From Gemmatimonadota bacterium (GTDB taxonomy: Bacteria > Gemmatimonadota > Gemmatimonadetes > Longimicrobiales > Gaopeijiaceae), in the NCBI GenBank assembly GCA_034521595.1, contig JAXHMG010000003.1:1024001-1088000 (forward strand): a stretch of DNA of 64,000 bases, written 5' to 3'. The stretch's first letter is position 1; the number at the start of each line of letters is the position of its first letter. The notes below the pieces were generated by a model. It did not search any database. It was not told the origin of the DNA and saw nothing but the letters and a program-made list of their open reading frames with translations. The position numbers were made by a program, and so were the translations under genes. Below are positions 8,023 to 18,703 of the stretch, piece by piece.

Positions 8023-9511
8023 ATGCGGATGACAACGAGCCGGTCGTCGGGGGTTCTGATCGCGCTCCTCCTGACAGGCGCTCCTTTGGGAGTGGATGCG
8101 CAGGAGACGCGCGTGCTCGGCCTCGAAGACGCCGTGCGAACGGCTCTCGACCAGAGCAGGGACGTGCGCACCGCCGAGCTGGGGCTGGAGGAAGCCAACG
8201 AACAGGTGTCCGAAGCGTGGAGCAACGTCTATCCCTCGGTCGACTTCAACGCGAGCTATACTCGCAACCTGTCGCCGGCGGTGAACTTCCTTCCGGCCGC
8301 GATCTTCGGTGACCCCGACGCGGGGCCGGACGACTTCGTCCCCGTGCAATTCGGGGCCGACAACACGTGGCAGTCGACCATCGCCCTCGAGCAACCGATC
8401 TTCGCCGCGGGCGCGTTTCTCGGGGTCGGTGCGGCGGCGCGCTTCCGTGACCTCCAGGAAGAGGTCGTGCGGGGCCGGGTCCAGACGGTCGTGACCCGGG
8501 TGCGCTCTTCCTACTACGGCCTCCTGCTCGCGCAGGAGCAGGCACGCCTCATGGAGAACTCCGTGCGCCGGGTCCGTCAGTCGCTCAAGGAAACGCGATC
8601 GTTGAACGAGGCCGGAATCGTTTCGGACTACGACGTGCTCCGCCTCGAGGTCGAGCTGGCCAACCTCGAGCCGAACCTCCGTCGGGCCCGGAACGCGGTG
8701 GAGCAAGCGCGCCGCCAGTTGGCTCTGGAGCTCGACCTTCCGACCGACGCCGATCTCGCCGTCACGGGCGAGCTCGCGAGCATGGATCTGGAGGACCCGT
8801 CGGCGAACGATTCCGCCAACCGGGAGATCCTGTCCTTCGTCGGGTTCGGCGAGCCCGATGGGGAGCCCGAGGTCGACGAAGCGGTCTCGCTCGCCCAGGA
8901 GCTCCGCTCCGACCTCCGGCAGCTCGAGCTCACGCAGTCGTTGCGCAAGACCGAGATGCGCCTCGAGCAGGCCGAGTATCTGCCGCGGATCACGTTGTTC
9001 GGGAACTACGTCATCAACGCCCAGAACAACGGCAGCCCGAGCTTCTTCGGCCAGGGACGGGGGGCAACGCGCCTATTCGAGGAACATTGGGATCAGGGTG
9101 AGCGTGCCCCTGTTTGAGGGCTTCTCCCGGGACGCACGCGTCGACCAGCGGCGGGCGTCGCTGCAGCAGGCGGAAACGGAGACGGAGTTCGCGACCGACC
9201 AGGCCCGCTCGGAGGTGCGCACGCTCGTCGAGCGAGCCGAGGAGGCCTACCTGCGCGCCACCGGACAACGTCTGGCCGTGCGGCAGGCGCGGGAGGGCTT
9301 CGAGATCGCGAGCGCCCAGTACCGGGAGGGCATCGGGAGCCAGCTCGAGTTGACGGACGCGGAGGTCGCGCTTCGCCAGAGTGAGTTCAACTACGCGGAG
9401 GCGGTCTACGACTACCTCGTCGCGCGAGCCGAGCTCGATCAGGCCACGGGGCAGGTCCCGCTGGTGGATGTGGGGGCCGACGCGGCGGTCATGGGGGGCT
9501 CGGAGCGATGA
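8023..9511 (+). CDS. TolC-family outer-membrane efflux protein, split by one frameshift at ~9055
   Basis: Frame 1 to SPSFFGQ, continues DGGQRAYSRNIGIRVSVPLFEGF..YREGIGSQLELTDAE..YDYLVARAELDQATG in the next frame. Confidence 0.88.
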
Positions 9512-10623
9512 CGATGGACCATATCACGATCAGGGGGGCGACTGCCATGAAAGGGTTCGGGTTGCGTTTCCTCGCCGGGGCCCTCGTGGTCGGGGCCGCC
9601 GCGGGCTGTGGGAGCGACGCGCAGGCGGATGGCGCTCAGGAGACCGGCGAAGCCTCGTTTACGCGCGTGATCAACGTCGAGGTCGAAGAGGTCGCCTTGG
9701 AGGACTTCGTCGAGGAGATCCGCGTGACCGGAGTCGCGCAGGCGAACCAGGACGTGACGGTGTCCGCCGAGGAGAGCGGGGTGATCCGGGCGATCCTGGC
9801 CGAGAAGGGGGCCTTCGTCAGTGAAGGGCAGCCCCTACTCAAGATCGACGACGGGGTGCTCAGGGCCCAGGTGGATCAGGCGCGGGCACAGGCCGAGCTC
9901 GCGGCCCAGACGTGGGAGCGCAGGAAGCGGCTCTGGGAGGAGGACGGCGTCGGCTCGGAGATCGCGTACCTGGAAGCCAAGTTCTCCGCCGAGCAGTCGG
10001 CCGCGAACCTGGCCGGGTTGGAGCGGCGGCTCGAGCGGACCACGGTGCGGGCTCCGTTCGACGGCATCTTCGACGAACGCTCGGTCGAGGTGGGTTCGAT
10101 GGTGAGCCCGGGTCAGGCCGTCGGCCGGGTGGTCGCCCTGTCGACCGTGAAAGTCGAAGCAGGCGTTCCCGAGCGGTACGCTCCCGATGTGAGCCCTGGC
10201 AGCAATGCCACCGTGCGCTTCGACGTCCTTCCGGGGGAGCAGTTCCCGGCGACGATCGAGTTCGTGGGCTCGAGCGTGGATCCGCGGAACCGGACCTTTC
10301 CGATCGAGATCGTGATGGAGAATCCACGGCGCGTCGTGAAGCCCGAGATGGTGGCGAACGTGGTCGTGCAGCGTCGCTCGTTCTCGGACGTCGTCGTCGT
10401 GCCACAGGATGCCTTGGTGCGGGTCGAGGACGGATACGTGCTCTTCGTCGCCGAGGAAGCGGACGGCGATGGACCGAGAGCTCGCACTCGCCAGGTCGAG
10501 CTCGGCCCCAGCCAGAACAACCGGGTCGTCGTCGAATCGGGGCTCGAGCCCGGCGACCGCCTGATCGTGGTTGGGCAGCGATCGGTCGCCGGCGGCGACC
10601 GGATCAACGTGGTTGGCCCTTGA
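9508..10623 (+). CDS. RND periplasmic adaptor (MFP), lipoprotein; start may be 9547
   Basis: AAGC lipobox, VSAEESG, VRAPFDG, VDPRNRTF. Confidence 0.92.
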   Translation: MTMDHITIRGATAMKGFGLRFLAGALVVGAAAGCGSDAQADGAQETGEASFTRVINVEVEEVALEDFVEEIRVTGVAQANQDVTVSAEESGVIRAILAEKGAFVSEGQPLLKIDDGVLRAQVDQARAQAELAAQTWERRKRLWEEDGVGSEIAYLEAKFSAEQSAANLAGLERRLERTTVRAPFDGIFDERSVEVGSMVSPGQAVGRVVALSTVKVEAGVPERYAPDVSPGSNATVRFDVLPGEQFPATIEFVGSSVDPRNRTFPIEIVMENPRRVVKPEMVANVVVQRRSFSDVVVVPQDALVRVEDGYVLFVAEEADGDGPRARTRQVELGPSQNNRVVVESGLEPGDRLIVVGQRSVAGGDRINVVGP

Positions 10624-10682
10624 GCGGCTACGGGAGAGACGGACGATGAACGCGACGCGGTTTGGCGCGCAAAGGATGGATG

Positions 10683-13600
10683 ATGTCCATGGCTGATCCA
10701 CGAAGCACGGGTGGGGGCAACGGGACGCCCACGCGGGGCGCCCTGGCGCGGTTCAAGGAGTTCGCGCCCACGAGGTTCGCGATCGAGCACAAGACCAGCG
10801 TGGTCGTGCTCCTCGTCATCGTCGTGGTCATGGGGGCCCTGGCGTACCGGGCGACGCCGAAGGAGTCGTTCCCGGAGCTCCCCATCCCGATGATCGTGGT
10901 GAACACCCAGTATCCGGGCGTATCACCGGCCGACATGGAGAGTCAGGTCACCCGGGTCATCGAAGAGGATCTCAGCACGATCGGCGAGATCGACGAGCTC
11001 ACGTCGACCTCGGTCGAAGGGTACTCCAGCATCACGGCCGAGTTCGGGACCGATATCGACCTCGACGAGGCGCTGCAGAAGGTCCGTGAGAAGGTGGACC
11101 TCGCGAAGCCCGACCTGCCGAGCGATGTAGAGGACCCCAGCATCGTCGAGTTCAACTTCTCCGAAGTCCCGATCATGCAGGTGAACCTGTCCGGCGAGTA
11201 CGGGCTGGTCCGCCTCAAGGAGATCGGGGAAGAGCTGCAGGACCGCATCGAGCAGATTCCGGCGGTTCTGCGCGCGGACCTGCGCGGGGGGCTCGAGCGC
11301 GAAGTGCAGGTGGACGTCGACCTCGTACGGCTGCAATTCTACGGGGTGGCTCTCGCCGACCTGGTGGACGCCATCCGGGACGAGAACGTCAACGTGCCGG
11401 GCGGCTCCATCGACGTGGGGTCGTCGAAGTACCTTCTCAGGGTGGACGGGGAGTTCACCGACCCGTCACACATCGAGGACATCGTCGTGTCGATGGCCGA
11501 CGGCCGTCCCGTGTACCTGCGCGATATCGCCCAGGTGGATTTCGGGTTCGCCGAGCGTGAGACCTACGCACGGATGAACGGAAACGCCGTGGTCACGCTC
11601 GATGTCGTCAAGCGGGCTGGGGCGAACATCATCGAGACCGCGGCCGAGGTCAACGCGGTCATCGACGAGATGGATCCGCTCTTTCCGCCGACGACGGCGG
11701 TCGAGATCACTTCCGATCAGACCGAGCAGATCGAGCAGATGGTCTCGAGCCTCGAGAACAACATCCTCTCGGGCCTCATCCTGATCATCGCCGTTCTCTT
11801 GTTCTTCCTGGGGCTCGGGAACTCCGTCTTCGTGGCCATCTCGATTCCCTCGTCCATGTTCCTTTCGTTCATCGTGCTGAACGCGATGGGCATCTCGATG
11901 AACATGGTCGTGCTCTTCAGCCTGATCCTGGCCCTCGGCATGCTCGTCGACAACGCGATCGTCGTCGTCGAGAACATCTACCGATTCCTCGAGGAAGGCT
12001 GGGATCGTGTGGAGGCGGCGAAGAAAGCGACCGGCGAAGTCGCATGGCCGATCATCGCCGCGACGGCCACCACGCTGGCGGCCTTCACCCCGCTGCTCTT
12101 CTGGCCCGGCGAAGTCGGCTCGTTCATGGGCTATCTGCCGACCACGCTGATCATCACGTTGACGAGCTCACTCTTCGTAGCGCTGGTCATCGTGCCGACC
12201 CTGTGCGCGATGTTCATGAAGCTCGAAGGGACACCGCGGCAGCCGATGACGCCCGCGATGCGGTGGACGCTCGTCGGAGGGGGCGTGGTCCTCCTCCTGG
12301 GGATCGCGGGCGCGAACCCGTTGACGGCGGTGCTCATCGCCCTGACCGCCGGGTTCCTGTGGGCGCTCCACAAATTTCTGCTGGGGCGGTTCGCGCGGAC
12401 CTTCCAGGACAGGACGCTCCCCTATGCGGTCGATGGCCTCTACGAGCCCTCCCTGCGCTGGGCGCTGCGGCATCGCGCCGCGATGTTGGGGGGCACCTTC
12501 GTTCTCTTCGCCGTCACGGTGATGGCGTTCGGCCGGTTCAATGCCGGGATCGAATACTTTCCCGAGTCCATGCCGCCGGCGCAGCTCATCGTGGATATCG
12601 AGGCTCCGGTAGGAACCCGCGCCGCCGTCACCGATCAGATCGTCCAACGTATCGAGTCCTCACTCGAAGGCTTTCCGGGCAGCCGGGACTGGGAATCCGT
12701 CGTCGCGGTGACGGGGAGCGGTGGCGGCGGTGGCGGCAACTTCATGGCCGGGGGACCGGATGGGCCGGAGGGCGGGCGCGTGACCGTATCGCTCGTCGAT
12801 TTCCAGGACCGCGAAGTGGATGCGTTCGACGTTCTCGCCGACCTTCAGGCATCGCTCGGCGACGACATCGCGGGGGCTACGATCACGGTGGACAAGCCGC
12901 AGGAGGGCCCCGCCCAGGGCGCGCCGGTGAGCGTGGAGATCGTGGGAGAGGATCCCGGAAACCTTAAGGTGTTGTCGGACCGGGTGTTGACCGTGCTCGA
13001 GGACTCGGACGTGTACCCGAAGCTGGTGGGGCTCGAGAGCGACCTCGACGAGGCCCGAGCCGAGCTCTCGATCCAGGTCGACCGGGAGCGGGCCGCGCTG
13101 TACGACCTGAGCACGGCGGCGGTCGGTAACGCCGTGCGTGGAGCCATCAACGGTATCGAGGCGGCCCAGTACCGCACCGGCAACGACGAATACGACATCA
13201 TCGTCAGGCTCGCGCCCGAGTATCGGCAGGACCTCGAATCCCTCCGCGACCTCACCGTCATGGCCGAAGGAGGGATCCAGGTCCCGCTGGTGCAAGTGGC
13301 TGATTGGAGCGTACAGGACGGCTACGGGTCGATCCGGCGGAAGGACCAGGAACGCATGGCCACGATCACCTCCGACGTCGCTGCGGGATTCAACTCCAAC
13401 GCGGTCCTGGGCGAGGTCCGGTCGGTGCTGTCCGATTTCGAGGAGTCCGAGCTGCCCCCGGGCTATACGCTCCGCTACACCGGGCAGTCGGAGGACCAGG
13501 CCGAGGCTCAGGCCTTCCTCGGGGGGGCGTTTCTCACGGCTCTGATGTTGATCGCGTTCATCCTGATCAGCCAGTTCAACTCGGTGGTCAAGCCGGTGAT

Positions 13601-14255
13601 CATCCTCACATCGGTGCTGATGTCCACGGTCGGGGTGCTCCTCGGTCTCATGCTCTTCCGGATGCCATTCGGCATCATCAACACCGGCGTCGGCATCATT
13701 TCCCTGGCCGGCATCGTCGTGAACAACGCGATCATCTTGATCGACTACATCGACGTGCTACGCACCAGAGACGGCATGAACCGGAGGGAGGCTCTGGTGG
13801 AGGGGGGCAAGACACGTTTCCGTCCGGTGGTCCTCACCGCGATCACGACCGCGTTGGGTCTCATCCCCCTCGCGATCGGCCTGAACTTCGACTTTTTCGG
13901 CCTCTATGGCTCACTCACGCCCGAGCTCTTCTGGGGTGGAGAGCAGGCCGCGTGGTGGGGACCGATGGCGGTGGCCATCATCGCCGGGGTGTTGTTCGCC
14001 ACCTTCCTCACGCTCGTCCTGGTTCCCGTGATGTATTCGTTGGTGGACGACTTCGCTTCGTTCTTCAAGCGGCACTACGTGTCCGGAGGCGACGAGGAAG
14101 CCGCTTCCGAGGGCGTGGGCGCAGCGGATCGCGGAGATGAGGTCGAGGCCCCGGTGGAGGGGCCGTGGGTCGAGGAGCCCGAGCCGGCCGGGGCACGGCT
14201 GGAGCGTGGTGGAGGTCGAGGGGGCGGTCTGGATCCTGCCCCGGAGCCGGGCTGA
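10683..14255 (+). CDS. RND efflux permease (AcrB-like); start uncertain 10662-10689
   Basis: YPGVSP, GMLVDNAIVVVENI, GIVVNNAI, RFRPVVLTA. Confidence 0.95.
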   Translation: MSMADPRSTGGGNGTPTRGALARFKEFAPTRFAIEHKTSVVVLLVIVVVMGALAYRATPKESFPELPIPMIVVNTQYPGVSPADMESQVTRVIEEDLSTIGEIDELTSTSVEGYSSITAEFGTDIDLDEALQKVREKVDLAKPDLPSDVEDPSIVEFNFSEVPIMQVNLSGEYGLVRLKEIGEELQDRIEQIPAVLRADLRGGLEREVQVDVDLVRLQFYGVALADLVDAIRDENVNVPGGSIDVGSSKYLLRVDGEFTDPSHIEDIVVSMADGRPVYLRDIAQVDFGFAERETYARMNGNAVVTLDVVKRAGANIIETAAEVNAVIDEMDPLFPPTTAVEITSDQTEQIEQMVSSLENNILSGLILIIAVLLFFLGLGNSVFVAISIPSSMFLSFIVLNAMGISMNMVVLFSLILALGMLVDNAIVVVENIYRFLEEGWDRVEAAKKATGEVAWPIIAATATTLAAFTPLLFWPGEVGSFMGYLPTTLIITLTSSLFVALVIVPTLCAMFMKLEGTPRQPMTPAMRWTLVGGGVVLLLGIAGANPLTAVLIALTAGFLWALHKFLLGRFARTFQDRTLPYAVDGLYEPSLRWALRHRAAMLGGTFVLFAVTVMAFGRFNAGIEYFPESMPPAQLIVDIEAPVGTRAAVTDQIVQRIESSLEGFPGSRDWESVVAVTGSGGGGGGNFMAGGPDGPEGGRVTVSLVDFQDREVDAFDVLADLQASLGDDIAGATITVDKPQEGPAQGAPVSVEIVGEDPGNLKVLSDRVLTVLEDSDVYPKLVGLESDLDEARAELSIQVDRERAALYDLSTAAVGNAVRGAINGIEAAQYRTGNDEYDIIVRLAPEYRQDLESLRDLTVMAEGGIQVPLVQVADWSVQDGYGSIRRKDQERMATITSDVAAGFNSNAVLGEVRSVLSDFEESELPPGYTLRYTGQSEDQAEAQAFLGGAFLTALMLIAFILISQFNSVVKPVIILTSVLMSTVGVLLGLMLFRMPFGIINTGVGIISLAGIVVNNAIILIDYIDVLRTRDGMNRREALVEGGKTRFRPVVLTAITTALGLIPLAIGLNFDFFGLYGSLTPELFWGGEQAAWWGPMAVAIIAGVLFATFLTLVLVPVMYSLVDDFASFFKRHYVSGGDEEAASEGVGAADRGDEVEAPVEGPWVEEPEPAGARLERGGGRGGGLDPAPEPG

Positions 14256-14367
14256 GCGCCATCCCGGACTCTTCGCACGGGCCGTGGGTCGTCCCGGTTG
14301 AGACGAAACGGTAACATCGTCGAGCCCGGGGTTGCCTCGGCGGGGCTTCGTTTCGAACGTCAGGTCC

Positions 14368-14721
14368 ATGAACGATGCCACGACGAGTGATCTGAACGGG
14401 GCGAGCCTGGACGAGTTGGTCACATTGGCGAGCCAGGAGCCGGTGCTCGACGAGAAAGCCGAGGCCACGCTGGCTCGTCGGCTCTCCGAGGGGGAGACAG
14501 AAGCGCGCCAGCGCTTGCTCATGGGGAATCTTCGCATGGCGGTGGACGAGGCCATTCGTCATCGGGGCCTTGGAGCACCACAGAGCCAGCTCGTGCGAAG
14601 GGCGGTACGCACGCTCGCGACCGCGGCACGGGACTACGATCCGGAGCTCCATGGTCTCTTCTCCCGGTACGCCGGACGGTTGGTGCGGTCGGCACTGTCG
14701 GAGGAAGTGACCGAGTCGTGA
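14368..14721 (+). CDS. Sigma-70 region 1.2/2-only small protein
   Basis: EATLARRL..ARQRLLMGNLRMAV..RGLG..YDPELHGLFSRYA aligns by eye to group 1/2 sigma region 2; 117 aa, no region 3/4. Confidence 0.7.
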   Translation: MNDATTSDLNGASLDELVTLASQEPVLDEKAEATLARRLSEGETEARQRLLMGNLRMAVDEAIRHRGLGAPQSQLVRRAVRTLATAARDYDPELHGLFSRYAGRLVRSALSEEVTES

Positions 14722-14836
14722 TCCACCGGCCCGTACCGGAACCCGGTCTCGTCCCTTCACCGAAATGCGCGCGCGTGTTCTATTCTTTCCGAGGCTCTAA
14801 CGCAACGTAACTCGGTGGAACAGGACGACGGCCCAG

Positions 14837-15781
14837 GTGAGATTCTCGGGAAGCATCCGGGCGGCGACGGCGCTGCTGATGGTGGTGGGGCTGACGTGGC
14901 CGTCTCCCGCCAGCGGTCAGAACGCGCGCCAGGGCCTTTTGACGCTCGACGACGCGCGCCTGTTCTACGAGGTTCGCGGCTCCGGGGAGCCCATGATCGT
15001 GGTGCACGGAGGACCGGGACTGGATCATCGGTACCTCCGTCCGGGGCTGGACATTCTGGCGACCCGGAATACGCTGATCTACTATGATCAGCGCGGCACT
15101 GGCCGCTCGACGACCGACGTGGGCCCCGAGACCGTGACCCTGGAGGCGTTCGTCGGGGACATCGAAGCGCTTCGGCAAGCGTTGGGCCACGAGCGCATCC
15201 ACGTGCTGACCCATTCGTTCGGGTCCATCATCGGGTTGGCCTACGCTCGAGCCTATCCCGACCGGCTGCGCTCGCTCGTCTTGATGAATCCCGTGGAGCC
15301 CGGAGACCGCTTCAGCGCCGAGACATCCCGTCGACGGGCCGCGGCGCGCACGGAATCCGATTCCGCCGAGCTGGCGACCCTCACCACGTCGGAAGGGTTC
15401 GCGGCTCACGACCCGGCCACGCTGGAGCAGGTGTTCCAAGTGGCGTTCCGAGCCGCGATGCGGGATCCGGACCGTGTCGAGGAGCTCGATCTGGAGCTGA
15501 TGGACGCGACGGCCAGGAACGGGCAGGAGATCGCGGAGCTCCTCGGCGGCGAGGTTCGCCGTGAAGAGCCGTGGGACTGGCTGGAGGAAATCGAAACGCC
15601 CACCCTCGTGGTTCACGGCGAGGACGACGCACCCCCGATCGAGATGTCTGCCGAGCTGGCCGACCAGCTCCCGGCCGGGCGTCTCGAGGTTCTGGCGTCC
15701 GGACATTTCCCGTACATCGAAGCTCCGGACGACCTTCTCGCGGCGGTATCGGCGTTCCTGGCGGGGCTTCAGCCCCGATGA
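14837..15781 (+). CDS. Secreted alpha/beta hydrolase (proline iminopeptidase-like)
   Basis: Signal peptide; HGGPG, YDQRGTGRS, THSFG, SGHFPYIE. Confidence 0.85.
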   Translation: MRFSGSIRAATALLMVVGLTWPSPASGQNARQGLLTLDDARLFYEVRGSGEPMIVVHGGPGLDHRYLRPGLDILATRNTLIYYDQRGTGRSTTDVGPETVTLEAFVGDIEALRQALGHERIHVLTHSFGSIIGLAYARAYPDRLRSLVLMNPVEPGDRFSAETSRRRAAARTESDSAELATLTTSEGFAAHDPATLEQVFQVAFRAAMRDPDRVEELDLELMDATARNGQEIAELLGGEVRREEPWDWLEEIETPTLVVHGEDDAPPIEMSAELADQLPAGRLEVLASGHFPYIEAPDDLLAAVSAFLAGLQPR

Positions 15782-15993
15782 CGAGAGGCTCGGCGCTCGT
15801 GCGCGTCGGGATGGTGCTGGTGGCCTACGGGTTGGGCGTGCTTCTCATCTTGCCCCTGCTCGATACGGTGCAACGCGTGTTGTTCCTCCCGCCGCTCTTC
15901 GACCGGCTGGCGCGCGGGGGTCTGGTCGTGGGGGCTGCGGTCGCCGCGACGTTGGCGTGGCGCTACCCGGAGCTCGGAGAGGGGTCGGACTGA
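15778..15993 (+). CDS. Small two-helix membrane protein
   Basis: ATGA overlap with upstream stop; two hydrophobic segments. Confidence 0.6.
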   Translation: MTRGSALVRVGMVLVAYGLGVLLILPLLDTVQRVLFLPPLFDRLARGGLVVGAAVAATLAWRYPELGEGSD

Positions 15994-16469
15994 GCTGGAC
16001 TCAGGCGCCAACGGGCCGTCACCGTGGCGACGGCGTCGCCTTCGGCATCGAACACCTCCGCCGTGACCGTGTGCTCGAGCGGCTCCGTCACCGTCGGCAC
16101 GTGGACGTGCGCTTCGGCCCGCAGCCCACCTCGCGCCTTCTTCAGATAACGCACGTCCAAACCCGTGACGATGCCACGGACGGTGGGCGGTAGCCCGGTC
16201 AGAACCGCCAGGCCGGAGGCGAGCTCGCCGACATTCGCGATGGCGATGGCGTGTACGGAGTGGAGGTGATTGCGGACCCGGCGCCGGTCACGGATCCGTA
16301 GACGTGCATGTCCGGGCTCGAGCGCTTCGACAAGCGCGCCGACCGTGCCGCTGTACGGGACCATCACGCCGAGGGCGCGGCTGAACAGCCACGCCCCGCC
16401 CGGAAGTGGTGAAAGGCGCTGCCACAGGCGCAGGAGGCGAGGTCCGGGGGCGTCGGAGGAATGGGGCAA
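15963..16469 (-). CDS. Hotdog-fold thioesterase-like protein (DUF4442/PaaI)
   Basis: VPYSGT, RNHLHSVHAIA, YLKKARG; TTG start with GGAG upstream. Confidence 0.85.
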   Translation of the reverse strand: MPHSSDAPGPRLLRLWQRLSPLPGGAWLFSRALGVMVPYSGTVGALVEALEPGHARLRIRDRRRVRNHLHSVHAIAIANVGELASGLAVLTGLPPTVRGIVTGLDVRYLKKARGGLRAEAHVHVPTVTEPLEHTVTAEVFDAEGDAVATVTARWRLSPAQSDPSPSSG

Positions 16470-16596
16470 GCCGAAAACTCCCGTGGTGAGCGAAGAAGGC
16501 CCCATCTTCGCCGGTATCCCGGTCGTGGGCAACATGTCGGGATGAACGGCGTCTCCGGGTCTTCCAACCGGCGCCCGACTCGACGATCGTGTCCGG

Positions 16597-18006
16597 ATGA
16601 GCACACCCGACCATCCCCTGCGCGCCGCCCCCGTCCGGGCGTTTCGTCCCGCCCCGGACGATCTCACCGCACTCTTCCGGTTGGCGTTTCCCGTGGCGGT
16701 GATCCAAGTCGGAATGATGGCCATGGGAGCGGTGGACACCGTGATGGTGGGACGGGTGTCGGCGACCGACCTGGCCGCGGTCGCCATCGGAAATCTGTAC
16801 TTCTTCGGGGTCGCGGTGTTCGGAATGGGCGTCCTCTTCGCGCTCGACCCCGTGGTGTCCCAGGCCGTGGGCGCCAACGACGAGATCGCGGTCGCGCGTT
16901 CCGTGCAGCGCGGGCTCGTCATCGCGGGCGGCCTCACCGTTTTGGCGACCGTCCTGCTCCTGCCCGCGGGCCCTGTTCTGGCTTTCGCCCGCCAGCCGGC
17001 GGAGGTGGTGCCGGTCGCCCACGGTTACGCGCACGCACTCGTCCCCGGGGTGTTCCCGTTTTACGCGTTCGTCGTGGTGCGTCAGAGCTTGCAAGCGATG
17101 GGTCACGTTCGTCCGATTCTGGTCTCGGTCGTCGTCGCGAACGTGTTCAACGCCGGCGCCAACTGGGTCCTGGTGTTCGGAAACCTCGGCATGCCGCCGA
17201 TGGGCGCCGTCGGCTCATCCTGGGCGACGAGCCTGAGCCGATGGTTCATGGCGCTGGTCCTCCTGCGGTTCAGCTGGCCGTTGCTCCGGTCGGCGCTACG
17301 GCCCCTCCGCCGAGATGCGTTCACGGCCGGTCCGCTGAGACGGGTGCTGAGCGTGGGTGTGCCGATCGGCGGGCAACAGCTTCTCGAATTCGGAGTGTTC
17401 GGTGCGACGGGCCTCCTCATGGGGTGGTTGGGAACGGTCGCGGTGGCGAGCCATCAGGTCGCGCTCCAGTTTGCCGCCTTGACCTTCATGGTTCCGTTGG
17501 GCGTCGCGCAGGCCACCAGCGTGATGGTGGGTCAGGCGGTCGGGCGGGCGGATCCACCGGCCGCGCGACGGGCGGCGGGCGCCGGGGGGATGATCGGTAC
17601 CGGATTCATGGTCGTCACGGCGGTGTTGCTCCTCGCCTTTCCGGAGACCCTCGCACGGGGCTTCAGTGACGACCCGGAGGTGATCCGCGCCGCGGCGATC
17701 CTTCTCCCGATCGCGGGGGTCTTCCAGGTCTTCGACGGGCTTCAGGTCGTGTCCTCCGGCGCGCTGCGCGGCATCGCGGACACGCGCGTTCCCCTGGTGC
17801 TGACGCTCGTCGGGTTTTGGCTGATCGGCCTGCCGATCAGCGGGTGGCTCGGCTTCGGCCTCGAGTGGGGAGCACCGGGCGTCTGGTGGGGATTGGCGAT
17901 CGGAATCGGTGCCGTCGCGCTGCTTCTGGTCGCGCGGGTGCGCACCCGGTTCGGTCGCGCTCTCCGGCGGCTCGCGATCGACGAGGTTCCGGATCGCGGC
18001 TCATGA
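16597..18006 (+). CDS. MATE family efflux transporter (NorM-like)
   Basis: VDTVMVGR, QVFDGLQVV..GALRG..DTRVP; about 12 TM. Confidence 0.93.
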   Translation: MSTPDHPLRAAPVRAFRPAPDDLTALFRLAFPVAVIQVGMMAMGAVDTVMVGRVSATDLAAVAIGNLYFFGVAVFGMGVLFALDPVVSQAVGANDEIAVARSVQRGLVIAGGLTVLATVLLLPAGPVLAFARQPAEVVPVAHGYAHALVPGVFPFYAFVVVRQSLQAMGHVRPILVSVVVANVFNAGANWVLVFGNLGMPPMGAVGSSWATSLSRWFMALVLLRFSWPLLRSALRPLRRDAFTAGPLRRVLSVGVPIGGQQLLEFGVFGATGLLMGWLGTVAVASHQVALQFAALTFMVPLGVAQATSVMVGQAVGRADPPAARRAAGAGGMIGTGFMVVTAVLLLAFPETLARGFSDDPEVIRAAAILLPIAGVFQVFDGLQVVSSGALRGIADTRVPLVLTLVGFWLIGLPISGWLGFGLEWGAPGVWWGLAIGIGAVALLLVARVRTRFGRALRRLAIDEVPDRGS

Positions 18007-18136
18007 CCCGTGGCCCTTTCGAGCCCGGCGAGCGAATCCCTGCTGCCGCCCCGGGAGGCGCCTTTCACGGGTTGCCGTGGGGTTGGGGCAGGACGAGGTT
18101 GTGCGCTCCTCCACTGTCCCCGCTACCCACCGGATC

Positions 18137-18703
18137 ATGTCCTTCACGTTCGATCCTCTGGAGATCCCCGATGTGGTATTGGTGCGTCCGACACGCCACG
18201 ACGATCGTCGTGGCTGGTTGAGGGAAACGTATCGACGGAGCGCCTTCGCGGCGGCCGGCATCGATGTCGATTTCGCCCAGGACAACCTGGTTCGTTCGGT
18301 ACGCGGGGTGTTGCGCGGGATGCACTTCCAGCTTCCGCCGGCCGCGCAAGGGAAGCTGGTGGGCGCGGCGCAGGGGCGAATCTTCGACGTGGCGGTGGAT
18401 CTCCGGGCCGATCGCGCGACTTACGGAGAGTGGGTGGGGCGAACGGTGGATGCGGAGGACGGCGCGCTTCTGTGGATTCCACCCGGGTTCGCGCACGGCT
18501 ACATGGTGCTCAGCGAGACGGCGCATGTGACCTACAAGGTCACTGCGGAGCATCGGGCGGATCTGAACCGGGGCTTCCGGTGGGACGACCCCGACGTTGG
18601 CATCGAGTGGCCTCTTGCCGACCCGATCCTCTCCGACCGGGATCGTGATTTGCCTCCGCTGAGCGAGTTGGAGTTTTCCTTCACCGAAACCGTGACGCCG
18701 TGA
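18137..18703 (+). CDS. rfbC: dTDP-4-dehydrorhamnose 3,5-epimerase
   Basis: GVLRGMHFQ, QGKLV, DVAVDLR, PPGFAHG, WDDPDVGIEWP. Confidence 0.95.
   Translation: MSFTFDPLEIPDVVLVRPTRHDDRRGWLRETYRRSAFAAAGIDVDFAQDNLVRSVRGVLRGMHFQLPPAAQGKLVGAAQGRIFDVAVDLRADRATYGEWVGRTVDAEDGALLWIPPGFAHGYMVLSETAHVTYKVTAEHRADLNRGFRWDDPDVGIEWPLADPILSDRDRDLPPLSELEFSFTETVTP

Noticed and set aside
18137-18703. rfbC as part of a polysaccharide locus
   Set aside because: No rfbA/B/D or related glycosyltransferases adjacent; an ordinary dispersed gene.
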